From: Octopus sinensis
Lineage: Eukaryota
Length of the DNA: 64,000 nt
Direction: 5' to 3'
Assembly: GCF_006345805.1 (NCBI RefSeq)
Contig: NC_042997.1
Coordinates: 162,068,001 to 162,132,000 of the forward strand
The notes below the pieces were generated by a model that was given only the letters and a program-made list of their open reading frames with translations, made no database searches and was not told the origin of the DNA. The translations under genes and the position numbers were made by a program. Positions 13,140 to 24,375 of this stretch are shown here, one piece after another (position 1 is the stretch's first letter; each line of letters begins with the position of its first letter).

Positions 13140-13746
13140 TCCCGGGGCCGACGGCCAAGGGGTCCTGAAGCTACATAGTTGTTTGCACTTCGTAGCTTTT
13201 TTTCCCGAGCTTTGTGTGGTAGAAGCACAGGTCGTCTTGCTTAACTCTACCATGTCTCGGGGCTGATCCTATGGCGTTAACCATAACACCACTGTATAAA
13301 AAATGTTTGTCAGCTGATTTCGCTAACTGCTGCAGGTACTTGATCTTAGTCTGAGTTACGAGGACCTGGACCTGGGGTGGTAACTTGCAGAAGAATATGT
13401 CCCTAAGCAAAAAAAAAAAGGTGATTCACCAGGGGAACAAATTCCAACATCTTGTCTATCAACTCTGAATGCTTAATTCTTCCACTTCTCGGTCGTTCCG
13501 CCGGAATGTATCCCCCAGCCTGTCTTTTAACGTGATGTATTTGTGCGTCGCTGGGGGTTGGGTTAAAATGTCCAGCACCCTCGTTGCCGTGTCCTCATCT
13601 AGTGTCGCTACTACATACGAATATTTCGTTAGGTTTGAAGTTGTTTTGCGTATGTTGAATTGCGCTTCCACCTACGCGAACCATAGCTCAGATCTCTTCA
13701 GCCAGAATTGTGGTAGCTTCAGGGCTGTTGTGTGATTGCTTGCCAT
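13140..13746 (-). pseudogene. Gypsy gag
   Basis: MASNHTTALKLPQFW...WFAYVEAQFNIRKTTSNLTKYSYVV N-terminus and C-terminal CFYH motif, typical of this Gypsy group; frameshifted. Confidence 0.85.
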
Positions 13747-13815
13747 GTTTCTTTGATTTTCTGTTTACTTCTATGTGCGAAGTGGAAACTGTTGTTCTTC
13801 TGTGTGGTCACCAGT

Positions 13816-14059
13816 TATAGCTTTAGTTAAGCTATATATATACACAAGTATATATACACAAAAAAAATTAACGGAGACCCAGAATATGTTAGTGAAAGAT
13901 TTATTTAGTTGAAACATGAGGACGACAGCCGCCAGTCAATTGCTTCGTAGATGTCCGCTTAACCAGAAGTCAACTTCACTGCAAGAGCTCCCTAGCTAGC
14001 CCGCAGCGAAGTTCCTACCTACAGTTCGTCTGTCATAAATCCGTGGACAGTGCACTACC
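13816..14059 (-). repeat. 5' LTR of the Gypsy element
   Basis: Direct repeat of 10371-10597, adjacent to the PBS (13804-13813). Confidence 0.9.
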
Positions 14060-14116
14060 CTTGTATACACACATGCACGTGTGCGTGTAGTTAGTCCACA
14101 TTATTCCATAAACAGT

Positions 14117-14332
14117 ATAGGGCCGGTTCCCCTGACGTATATATTCTGCCCTAGAGGGAACGCCAGTTCGTCACAGAATTACTTATCTTTACCAGCTGAG
14201 TGAACTGGAGCAACGTTAAATGAAGTGTTTTGTTCAAAAACACAACGCATCACCCAGTCCAGGAACCGAAACCACAATCTTATGATCATGACTCCAACAT
14301 TCCTAACCACTAAACTATGTGCCCCCCACACC
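14117..14332 (-). mobile_element. tRNA-derived SINE (family B)
   Basis: Similar to 21705-22345 and 43903-44237 (ccagctgagtg(a/g)actggagcaacg..., cctaaccactaa). Confidence 0.8.
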
Positions 14333-14574
<242 letters not shown>

Positions 14575-14839
14575 TGTCACGCTTCGCCATCACCATCATT
14601 ATTATCTACCAGCAACACAATCAGCACCAACACTATAACCAATAGAACCACTGCTTTCATCAATTTACTAACTCCTTCGTGACTATCAGTGACAGTAGTA
14701 TGAACCTACGGGTGTGTTCGAGTTGGTAATGTCTCATAGAGAGAGACTTTATCTAACAAGGAGCTGATGCTGTTAGAACAAAAACAAACGAAGAATGCAG
14801 ATGAAAATAGGATATTCCACCGATTGACTGCAAAGAATA

Positions 14840-15040
14840 TTGGTTTCAAATTTTGGCCAGAAATTTAGGAGAGTGAAAGTCGATTATATCGATGACCCCC
14901 AGTATTCAACTGTTACTTATTTTATTGACCCCGAAAAGATGACAGGCAAAGTTAACCACCACGGAATATGAACTCAGAATGTAAAGACGGACGAAATGCG
15001 TTTCGCCCGGGGTGCTAACGATTCTGCCAGCTCCCCGCCT
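14840..15040 (-). mobile_element. Family-A SINE
   Basis: gaccccgaaaagatgacaggcaaagt...gaactcagaatg...gctaacgattctgccagctccccgcc. Confidence 0.85.
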
Positions 15041-15499
15041 AAAACTGCAAAGAGTATTGTTAAAGGATTAATACTTATAAAGTAAGGTCAGCAAGTGTAT
15101 GCTGATAACAACCCTAATTGTGAATATAATATAAAGATTACATAAGGAGTTTACAATCAGCCCAGTTCCTACACTGAGCTGTACAGTAAGCATAAAACAA
15201 TTTTGGATTTCTTCACCACTCAAGTAAATGTTGTTGATGAAGAACTGTATGATAAAAGATAATGCCCCTCGTCCTCCCAGTGCCTCTCATTCCAGCAGCA
15301 CAATCCCCTCATACTGTAGTGAGCATATTTTGTGTTAAGAACCTATCGTATGAAGTTTCTTATTTATTCCCAAATGTATTCCTCTTCAAATACTTTTATG
15401 CATACATATTGTAGAAATTGTTATTTTCAAGCAGCAGTGTAACTCGTTTGTCTATTTGTTTGTTTGTTTGTCTGTTGTTATTGTTGTTGTTGTTGCTTG

Positions 15500-15727
15500 G
15501 AAAAACATTTCGTCGAAAGGCAACCTACTTGTTTCAGTTATTGGACTGCGGTCATGCTGGGGCACCACTTTGAAGAATTTTTCTGTCGAATGAATCGACT
15601 CCAATACTTAATGTTATTTTTTAAAGCCTTGTACTTCTTCTATCAGACTCATTTTGCCGAACCGCTAATTTACGGGGACATAAACACACCAACAGCGGCT
15701 GTGGGGAACAAATACAGACACACGCAC
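15500..15727 (-). mobile_element. 3' part of a SINE (family C); its head is at 17753-17787
   Basis: Reverse complement matches the 3' half of the SINE at 51640-52045 (ccccgtaacttagtggttcggcaaaa; ccagcatg(g/a)ccgcagtcc). Confidence 0.7.
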
Positions 15728-16100
15728 TTCTGTTTTTCTTGTTGCCATTGCGTATGTCCTGTAAACAATCGTTCTCCCTTCCTTATCCTTTAACACTTCT
15801 TTGGCGGGGAGGAACACTTTCACGTCGTTCCCCTCCCTTTTAAGTATTTCCTTGAACTTGCTCAGGTCTTCCAGCATTATGTTTTCAATTTTTTCCCTTT
15901 GCCGCAGCAGCATAATTCATTGTTTCTATTACTGCGTCAATCATCTTCAAACATCTCACCATTTCTTCCTCAGACAACAGTAAGTCCGAAGAAGAACAGT
16001 TCAAGCCCTCACAACTCATCACACGACGCCCCTCCATTAAACCTGAGGGAAAACAACGCACCATCAATGCCACAATGGCCACAGAAATACATTCAACAGT
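15728..16100 (-). pseudogene. Truncated second ORF1/gag-like unit, paralogue of 16450-17500
   Basis: SSSDLLLSEEEMVRCLKMIDAVIETMNYAAAAKGK/ENIMLEDLSKFKEILKREGNDVKVFLPAKEVLKDKEGRTIVYRTYAM aligns by eye with the N-terminus of the upstream ORF; one frameshift. Confidence 0.6.
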
Positions 16101-16449
16101 TCCTATCTGCAGGTATACCGGGGAATAGTAAAAACAAATACAACAACAGTAACAATCCAAAATAAACGGAATCCAACAATAGCAAAACGCTTACCAGTAT
16201 AAAGAAACACGACCACGTCGTATGACCTGAATCAAGCTTCTTTATTTCAATATTTTGCCATAGAGGAGACACTACAAGACATATGGGAACATATAACAAT
16301 TAAAAATATGTAAAAAGTAAAATATGATACTATGAGTGACGTGAAAATGAACATGAGAAAATAAATTCATGTTATGATAACATGCATGATATCTGAAAAG
16401 GAAAATATGAAGAGTGTGCTACTCATCCCACAGTGAGTAACACTACTCG

Positions 16450-17500
16450 CCGCCTCTGACTCCTAATTTCTCTTTAGTCTCAGTCGTAGCCCTTCTATTT
16501 CCGCTCTCGCTATCGCTCAATGACAACGCTCTCTCATAACCTTTTTCACCTGTGGGTCTGAGTGGTTTTTGGTGGGATGGAGTTGGATTGGGGTATCACA
16601 TCATACTCAGTGTTCTTCCTTTTCTTCCTTCTACTCTCTGTTACTATACATTCTTCCTCCTTTCCTCCGTCTGTCTTTTCTTCCTCCCTTTTCTCCTCCG
16701 TCTCCACATCTGCTTCATCTGTTGTTTTCTTCTGTAGAGGGCAGTGTGCTCTAATGTGACCCTTTTGGCCACATGTAAAACTAGTGGGACTCTGCCCTCC
16801 ACCCACACTCTTAACACAATTTCTCCCAACGTCACCGTTTCCGCCAGACTCTCTAGTTGCTTCTCCTGTGCCTGCACGATGAGATCCATTGATTTCCCTC
16901 ACCATCCTCTTTCTTCCGTTTCCGCGGCTTGGGGGACAGCCACCTCTTCCTCATTTCCAACGAGGACGGCTGCTGCGACCCAAGTCACTTCTATATCAAG
17001 TGGGATTGCTTCCACCCTTACCTTGGAAGTCTTCCTTCCAAGATTTGTGGGCAGAAGCACCACCTCTTCCGTCCTCGCCGCCACACTCGCCAGCTTCCTT
17101 GCCTCCTCCACAGTCCTAAACTGGACGACCACCGTCCGTATTTACATCGTTTAATTATGTACATGATTTGGTTCGACTGTTTCCTTAGCGCCTTTTCTGT
17201 TATTTCCGCTTCCACCTGTTCAGCCTTTTTGTCCTTCAGCGAGTGCACCCTATAGGTGATGATTTTCCTCTCCATTTGCTCCATAATTCTTTTAAGGGGC
17301 GACAACTTCACGTCGCCGCCCACCTTCTGCGTCATTTTTCTATATTCCTTTAGTCCAGTTAGATCTATAGCCATTCTCTTCACCTCCGCCGCCTCAGAAA
17401 AACTTCTTGTTATCTCCAATCTTTCGTTCATTCTTCTCATCGCCTTCACCAGCTCCTCCTCCACTGAAGACAACTCAGACCCGCTAATGTCTGAATACAT
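16450..17500 (-). pseudogene. ORF1/gag-like nucleic-acid-binding protein with CCHC zinc knuckle (L1/Tx1 ORF1p-like), disrupted
   Basis: Joined frames give a coiled-coil-like N-terminus, RRM-like VVQFRTVEEARKL...KVRVEAIPLDI, then RVWVEGRVP, a degenerate knuckle (S/C)FTCGQKGHIRAHCP and a charged tail. Two frameshifts and one stop. Confidence 0.7.
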
Positions 17501-18059
17501 TCTCTCTTAACCGCTGCCAAGCAACACAAAAATTCCGTCCGACTCTCTAAAAACAAACCAGCAACTGAATCAACGTATGCCCAGTAACCGGAAGCACGCT
17601 TCTTTATTTCTTTTAAATTGCCATAAAGGCAAGATCTGAATACATTTTTTGCTACCGGTATAACAATCACTGACAATCCGCTACCAAGCAGCACAAAAAA
17701 TTCCATCCGAGTCGTCACAAATCAACACAGCAAATAGACCGACGCATGCGCGGAAAGCAAACTTCTTACCACACAACCACGCCTGCAATTGGCACCCTTA
17801 AAAATTTCGCTTCGATTAATTTTTAAGCTAGCTACAGTCTTTATTATATCATTTATTGTAATATTTTCAGAAAAACATTTCATATCAGTCTATGAAGGAA
17901 AGAAGTTGGCTGAGTCAAGAGGTTTTCGACCAGTCAACTAAAGAATCAACAATTTAAATCCCGCTAGCTTTCTAAGATACATAAATTCCAAATGGATAAG
18001 AACACCCAACAGAACGTATGGGATTGTATAGGTAGTAAATTTACCGCTGTATCACTGCC

Positions 18060-18870
18060 GGGTGTTGTTCGTCCTTCGTTTTCGAAGATGGTCAATATTC
18101 CATCACTTATTCACTACAACAACGGCGGATGAAGCAGCGCAGGCAAAGTGAGACTCGTGAGTACTCCTGCCGACACTACATCTCTCTTGCAATGATACTA
18201 CAAAAGTAATATTGCTGAACACGAGTGTTACCCAGATCACCGTTACGAAAGATTCTCTGTTTTATTTGCGGTTTAAAGAAGTTCAAGTCCTGACTGGCGT
18301 TGAACTTGGATCAAAGTGACAGAAGGCTGCACGGGATGACCATTCTCACATTCTTATCCTCGAATTCCTGAACCAGTGAGATGTTGCCAAGATAAATGAG
18401 GATATATTTAGGATGCAGTAGGTGACCAAGGTGATTTATGTGCTTTACCATCCTCTGAGATACGCATCCAAACGCGGTGTTACTGGATATTGCCTTTTGC
18501 TCTTTGAAAGTTAACCAGAGTTAGACAAGTTTCTTCCACAGTTTTCGAATGCATATATACATAATATTAGATGACTGTTGACTTTTCTGGGAGCATTCAT
18601 TTTTGACAGGTTTTGTTGTTCAACCTACAGGTATCTAAAATGAACTTCTTTAATAAGCGGGGTTGATGTTGGGAGGGAGCACGGTTCAGTCACCTATGAC
18701 CATACCTTGCAACAAGTTATACTGGTCTACATGTTACCAGTAGCGCTCGCAACCAATCCGACAATACTAAAATTGACGTGATGCTGTTGCTAGCACGTAG
18801 TGCCGAGTTCCAATCTACTGTAAGTGAAGCTTGAAAAGAGATGGACTTTGCCAGCCCGATTTGCCTTATA
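18060..18870 (+). mobile_element. Decayed 5' region of an RTE-clade LINE (tentative)
   Basis: gttgttcgtccttcgttttcgaaga...gaacttggatcaaagtga...ggatgcagtaggtgacc resembles, from recall, RTE 5' UTR and RTE-derived SINE sequence. No ORF left. Confidence 0.45.
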
Positions 18871-18959
18871 CGTCATTCGATGATTATATCTGTAAGTAGC
18901 AACATTAGAGTCAATGTACTAGGGATTTTACACAATTCATATGTATCAATTGTCTTGTA

Positions 18960-19070
18960 CATTATATTATCGACCCCAGCTGGTTGAAAGGTAAGGTCAG
19001 CCTCAGCAGCATTTGAACTCTTAGCGGTAAGGACCGTAAGTGCCGACAATCCAACAATTCTGCAAATCCA
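18960..19070 (-). mobile_element. Degenerate family-A SINE fragment
   Basis: ttatcgacccc...gaaaggtaaggtcagcctcagcagcatttgaactc. Confidence 0.65.
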
Positions 19071-21369
19071 ATGATAACGGCTTAAAAACAATGAAAAGTT
19101 TAGTGAGACTATTTCTGGCAGATGTAGAAAAAAATGTTGGGGAAACCATTATCAAATGTGTTTCTTGATCTAAGAATATAAACATTTTAAATATTTTATT
19201 TAATTTGATATTTATCTTATAAATGAAATTGTACAATCGTATGCGTTTGTGTATAGAGTGGATCTATAGCTTGCAAGTTGTGTATATAACAGCAATTTGG
19301 AATAAATGTAAATAATTATAAATACATTACCTAATGTTCTTATAACAAAACACATGGAAACAGTTTATTTATTCAAATATTAAGATTATGTATTTTTAAT
19401 TTACTGCCAGTGTTTAGAGATATAACAATAAAAATATGAACAAGAACAAAAAAGAGGCACTTCATGAAAAGATGTCTGAAATTACTTAGCACCTGTTTAT
19501 TAAGAGAAAAGGAAATAGGATATCCGGAGAATCTTTACCTGTTCTAACAGGCTTCGTAACTTGTGTTCTGTTTGACATTCGACAACAATGTAAACTTATA
19601 TAACAGATTGTAGGGTGTGTATATATTGCTAAAGTTAAAATATTTCGTGCCAACGGGCCCATTAGGCCAAAGCTTTTTTCGGTATCTATGACGTATAAGC
19701 GATTGAGAATAGAAGACTTCCCCAGCTTCCAAATAGATCTCAAGTCTTTCGCAGAGCTAAACTCCATCCCAGAGCAATATTAAGAGTTAATCGATGTACG
19801 TTATTGAAGTTGTTATTGAAAATCTGTCAATAATCACTATTGATGTGCGATCTTCAGTTATTAACCATATCTACAGTTGATTCCTCTCTATCACCAAATG
19901 AAAATGCAAATAAAATTCCAAAGTTAATTTTTATCAAACGGAAGGATGAAGAAGTTTAAAAGATAAATAAAACGTCCGTCAACTTTATACAATTAAGATG
20001 TTGACTATTCTTTTCCTTTGTCACATTGCCTATAGAGATACCAGAAGATAAAAATACCAAGTTATATTTATATATATATTGCGACTAAACAATTCCGTAG
20101 TGTCTAACGTTAGTGAACGTTCTTTCTCGAAAGAATTATCTGAAGATACGACTTCACTAATGAACAAATAGTTTACAAATACCATGCTATTTATCTTGGC
20201 GCTTTTACAGCAGTTATTGTGTTCTTTGTATTCTAAATAGAAACGCAGATAAAATATATTGTAAACACTATACTGTGGTATAATCCTGCGCTGCAGCCAA
20301 CTAGGAAGCTTCTATAAAATCGCTTGTTTTGATAGAAAAAAAACCAGTTAAATTATCCTTAAACAGCAATAACAACTTATGAAGAATATTCGCATCTATC
20401 AAAATGATCCGGATTTGTCGCTTGGGCTGGTTGTTGGCTGGTCTGTGGTGGTGACTGGTTGCGAATTTTAAAAATGTTTCTTGGCCTGCGTGAAGAAGTA
20501 ACTGAAAGACACCGACGGACATTTAACAGAGGATTCTCTTATCAAGCATAAAGCAAACTGCGTTGGCCTTTTACAGATAACAACAACACTTACATATTGG
20601 GAGAGAAGGAAAAACTGCACACGCGTTCGAATGTCTACAATAGTTTCTCTCTTCTTCAACTATCACTCCACTATGTTTACTAACACTCTTTCAAACTCTT
20701 CCCTTGCTTCAAGTCAACAAACTGAAATACACCACAAAAATTTGTTGCAGATGGGTTAATTGCCATTAAGGACGACTTGAAGATAAATCATTTCATCTAT
20801 ATGATAAATAATGTCAAAGAATATTTCGGCCATTGATGTTAACAATCGCATACAGAGTAAAGCTTGAAAATAATTTTCAACCTTAGAGCAACTATAAGAT
20901 GCCTATATTGCTCTCTACTGCTTTATATCCAATACAATATAAAATTTTCCACTTCCTCTTAGGAGGCAGTATCAATGGTTTAGAACATAATGCTTAATTT
21001 TCTGAATACGTCTTTCTGTTTGTAACCGTCATCACTGAAAACTTTTATTTGATAAACATATATACATACACACACTCGCATACGCGCGCGCATAAACACA
21101 CACGCACATACATATATGTTAGTTTTTATTTTGCTATGAAAACAATTTTACTTTAAACTGAAGGATTACTCAATACTTTTGGTACTATACAATTTGCAAT
21201 ATATATCGGGTGCAGATTGCAACGATAACCAGCTGGAGGGGGATCCTCCTGGGGTTAAAAACAGTAATTCACGTGGCGATAAACATTACTTCTCAGTATA
21301 GTTGCTGCTTTCATCTCTTATAGAGATTTTCTAACTTACTACAAATTGATTATGTTTTCTCTAAACAAT

Positions 21370-21463
21370 TTTGACAGTGACTTCGAAGTTCCGGCCAGCT
21401 AAGCCATCATTGGACAGTCCAATAATAGCTTAGCTGACAGAAACTTTGAAGTCACTTGTTAAA
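21370..21463. repeat. Inverted repeat / hairpin (38-bp core arms, 3-nt loop)
   Basis: gtgacttcgaagttccggccagctaagccatcattgga-cag-tccaataatagcttagctgacagaaactttgaagtcac. Confidence 0.9.
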
Positions 21464-21464
21464 G

Positions 21465-21542
<78 letters not shown>

Positions 21543-21543
21543 A

Positions 21544-21608
<65 letters not shown>

Positions 21609-21620
21609 CAAATGGATGGA
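21465..21620. repeat. (GATA)n/(GACA)n microsatellite
   Basis: Tetranucleotide run. Confidence 0.97.
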
Positions 21621-21704
21621 TGTCAGTCAGTCAGTCATACCTTGATATTGTGTGAACTGAGATCCTCGTTGACTGGCGGTGATACTAAATAAAAAGAAGA
21701 AATG

Positions 21705-22345
21705 TTTCCTTCTCGAGCCATGCCAGGCTCATAAGGGCCGGTTTCCCGGTTTCAGTGGCGTATAAATTCCCCACCTGTGGAGGCGCAATGGCCCAGTGGT
21801 TAGGTCAGCGGACTCGCGGTCATAGGATCGCGGTTTCGATTCCCAGACCGGGCGTTGTGAGTGTTTATTGAGCGAAAACACCTAAAGCTCCACGATGCTC
21901 CGGCAGGGGATGGTGGTGATCCCTGCTGTACTCTTTCACCACAACTTTCTCTCACTCTTACTTCTTGTTTCTGTTGTACCTGTATTTCAAAGGGTCGGCC
22001 TTGTCACTCTCTGTGTCACGCTGAATATCCCCGAGAACTACGTTAAGGGTACACGTATCTGTGGAGTGCTCAGCCACTTGCACGTTAATTTCACGAGCAG
22101 GCTCTTCCGTTGATTCGGATCAACCGGAACCCTCGTCGTCGTAACCGACGGAGTGCTTCCATCCAAATTCCCCACCTGGACGGGACGCCGATCCGTTGCA
22201 GGATTACTCATTTTTGCCAATTGAATGGACTGGAGCAACGTGAAATGAGGTGTTTTGCTCAACGCATCGCCCGGTCCAGGAATCGAAACCACAATCTTAC
22301 GATCAGGAGTCCAACACCCTAACCACTAAACCACACACCTCCACG
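21705..22345 (-). mobile_element. Family-B SINE split by a younger SINE insertion
   Basis: Halves 21705-21777 and 22165-22345 rejoin into a copy like 14117-14332. Confidence 0.85.
21778..22164 (+). mobile_element. Full-length tRNA-derived SINE with a perfect 14-bp TSD
   Basis: A-box tggcccagtggtt and B-box ggtttcgattcc; TSD aaattccccacctg at 21764-21777 and 22165-22178. Confidence 0.92.
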
Positions 22346-22380
22346 ATACTAAATAAAGTGTTAAATATTTATGGGAAGCA

Positions 22381-22594
22381 AATTAATAGTTCCAGTTCTA
22401 TGTAGCTACTGAGATTTGCTGAGTATGTAAATAGATTGACTGCTAATCTCTCTACGATTGGTCAAATAATGTTGACACCTCTGGTAAAAATCCAATGTTT
22501 CGAAAATCGTTTAAGGTTGTTCATTATTTTTCTTTTCAATCTACAAAGAAATAGTTAAATTTGCTATGTTTATATTTCAACTATGTAGGTTTAC

Positions 22595-22653
<59 letters not shown>

Positions 22654-22927
22654 CATACCTTCATACTATGTGGACTGAGATCACCGTTGCCATACCGCTG
22701 ATAGATAAAGGATTAAACACAAACGGTATGCGAATTAGTAGCTCCAGTTCCCTGTAGCTACTGAGTTTGTCGATTATTTAAATAGAACGGTTGCTTATTT
22801 CTCTGTGGCTGGTCAAATGATGTAGACATCTCTGATGAGATCTCAATAAGGACTGAAAATCGATTAAGGCTGTAACTCATCTTTTTTCAATCTACAGAGA
22901 AATAGTTAAATTTGCCATTTTTATATT
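22381..22927 (+). repeat. Diverged tandem duplicate (~195-bp homologous blocks, period 351 bp), each carrying a minimal hammerhead-like motif
   Basis: 22381-22577 aligns with 22733-22927; a (TA)n run lies in the spacer. Confidence 0.85.
22826..22874 (+). ncRNA. Minimal type I hammerhead ribozyme-like motif (Penelope/retrozyme type), probably decayed
   Basis: tct-CTGATGA-gatctcaataaggact-GAAA-a-tcga-t-TA-agg: intact core boxes, palindromic mini helix III and a UUA cleavage triplet. Helix II pairs poorly. Confidence 0.55.
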
Positions 22928-22974
22928 ACTGCTTCGTAGTTTGGGGGGGTGCGCGCGCATATATTCCTTATCGT

Positions 22975-23790
22975 ATCAGGACAATTACCCCACCCCACAA
23001 GACAATTCCCCCCAGCGACGACTACCCCCAGGAAAATTATCCCCCTTGGTTAATTACCCTGCTCTTCAATATATTAAGAAGTTTTAAATCATATATATAT
23101 TGTGTGTGTGTGTATGCGCGCACGCGCTGATAAAAACCATTTCACTCTGGTCGACACTTTTGTCGGCCAGAGTTTTTAACTAATTTAAAATTTAATGTAA
23201 TTCAGTAACGTAGTTATTAGAGATATAAAAATTAATGTATATCTAAATGCTCACACGAATTTCAACCGGAAAAGGAAATAGGCTTAGAAGCAACAAATGG
23301 AAAAACATGTTAGCAATAAATAAGATGATGAAACTATGCCAACTTATATCTGGCCAACTTATATCTGCTACCAAAAATAACCATGTTATGTATAAGGATG
23401 AACATTGAACAAATATCTATGAAAGTATCTATTTCTCAGGATTATGAAAATGTGTTTGAAGATGTTGAAAAATAGAATTGTTTATTTGCCAGTTGCTGTA
23501 GTTTGCGCTTCTGCATCTATTTATCTGGATACATTTTTTTTGTTTTTTGTAAAGGAAACGAAAATAAGCCATAGGAAAACTTGAAGGAGGATTCAGATTA
23601 CATAAAAAACATTTCTTCACACATAAGGTTGTATTGAAAAGAGCGAATCTGTAAGATCCTATGAAACTGATGATACTTCGCGTACACAAAGTTCGCTAAC
23701 TGAATTAGACTTCTCTTCTTTGCAGCAAACTAATTATCGGACAGGACTTTTCAGCATTTCTACACTGGAGGATCCTGTCCAAAATATTAG
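22975..23790 (+). mobile_element. Possible decayed DNA transposon (MULE-like) with acaattaccc subterminal repeats
   Basis: Four to five copies of (g)acaatt(a/c)cccc at 22979-23060; downstream only faint transposase-like remnants. Confidence 0.3.
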
Positions 23791-24254
23791 TCTTTTCTTC
23801 CTCACGACTAACAAACACATTCTATTTCATGAACCTTTTTGTACTGTTTTTAAGGGTTAAAGATATAACTGAACAAATCAACAGATTAAGAAGGCGAAGT
23901 AGACTTTGACTGGCTTGAAACTTGGCACCAGACTAATTATCATTCTTCTCCTATACCAATTTTCTAAAACCTTATAAATGATTATAATCAGGGTTATTAT
24001 TAATATATAAATAATTGCTTATCATATAAGCATGAATCTTCGGATTTTGGGGGAGAGGAATAGAGAGATATAATGTTCTTACCTATTTTAAAGGCACTGG
24101 TTTTGTAATGAATTAAAATAGATCTAATCAAAGAATAAACTTTGGATGTTTATCCGAATCACCGGATGCTAACCGCTATTCTACAACATTAATTAGAATG
24201 CTATTCAAATCTACGTGCATAATAAAAAAAATTCATTGTAATATTTCTCAAGAT

Positions 24255-24375
24255 GCAGTCGAGGTCTTTCATCCTTTCGGGGTCGATAAATTAAGTACCA
24301 GTTGCATACTGGCGTCGATCTAAACGACTGGTCCCACTCCCCAAAAATTTCGGGCCTTGTACCTAGAGTAGAAAA
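24255..24375 (+). mobile_element. 5'-truncated family-A SINE
   Basis: tttcatcctttcggggtcgataaattaagtaccagttg core; flanked by the duplicated aatatttctcaagatg (TSD-like). Confidence 0.85.

Larger units (their letters stand above)
10371..14059 (-). mobile_element. Ty3/Gypsy LTR retrotransposon, two LTRs, decayed, integrase partly deleted
   Basis: Direct repeats at 10371-10597 and 13816-14059. PBS TGGTGACCAC lies next to the 5' LTR and a purine-rich tract next to the 3' LTR. Domain order is gag-PR-RT-RH-INT. Possible imperfect TSD ctgg/cttg. Confidence 0.93.

Noticed and set aside
21781-21855. tRNA gene
   Set aside because: A/B boxes are present, but the sequence continues into a SINE body bounded by a TSD; it is a tRNA-derived head. 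The same applies to 44165-44237.
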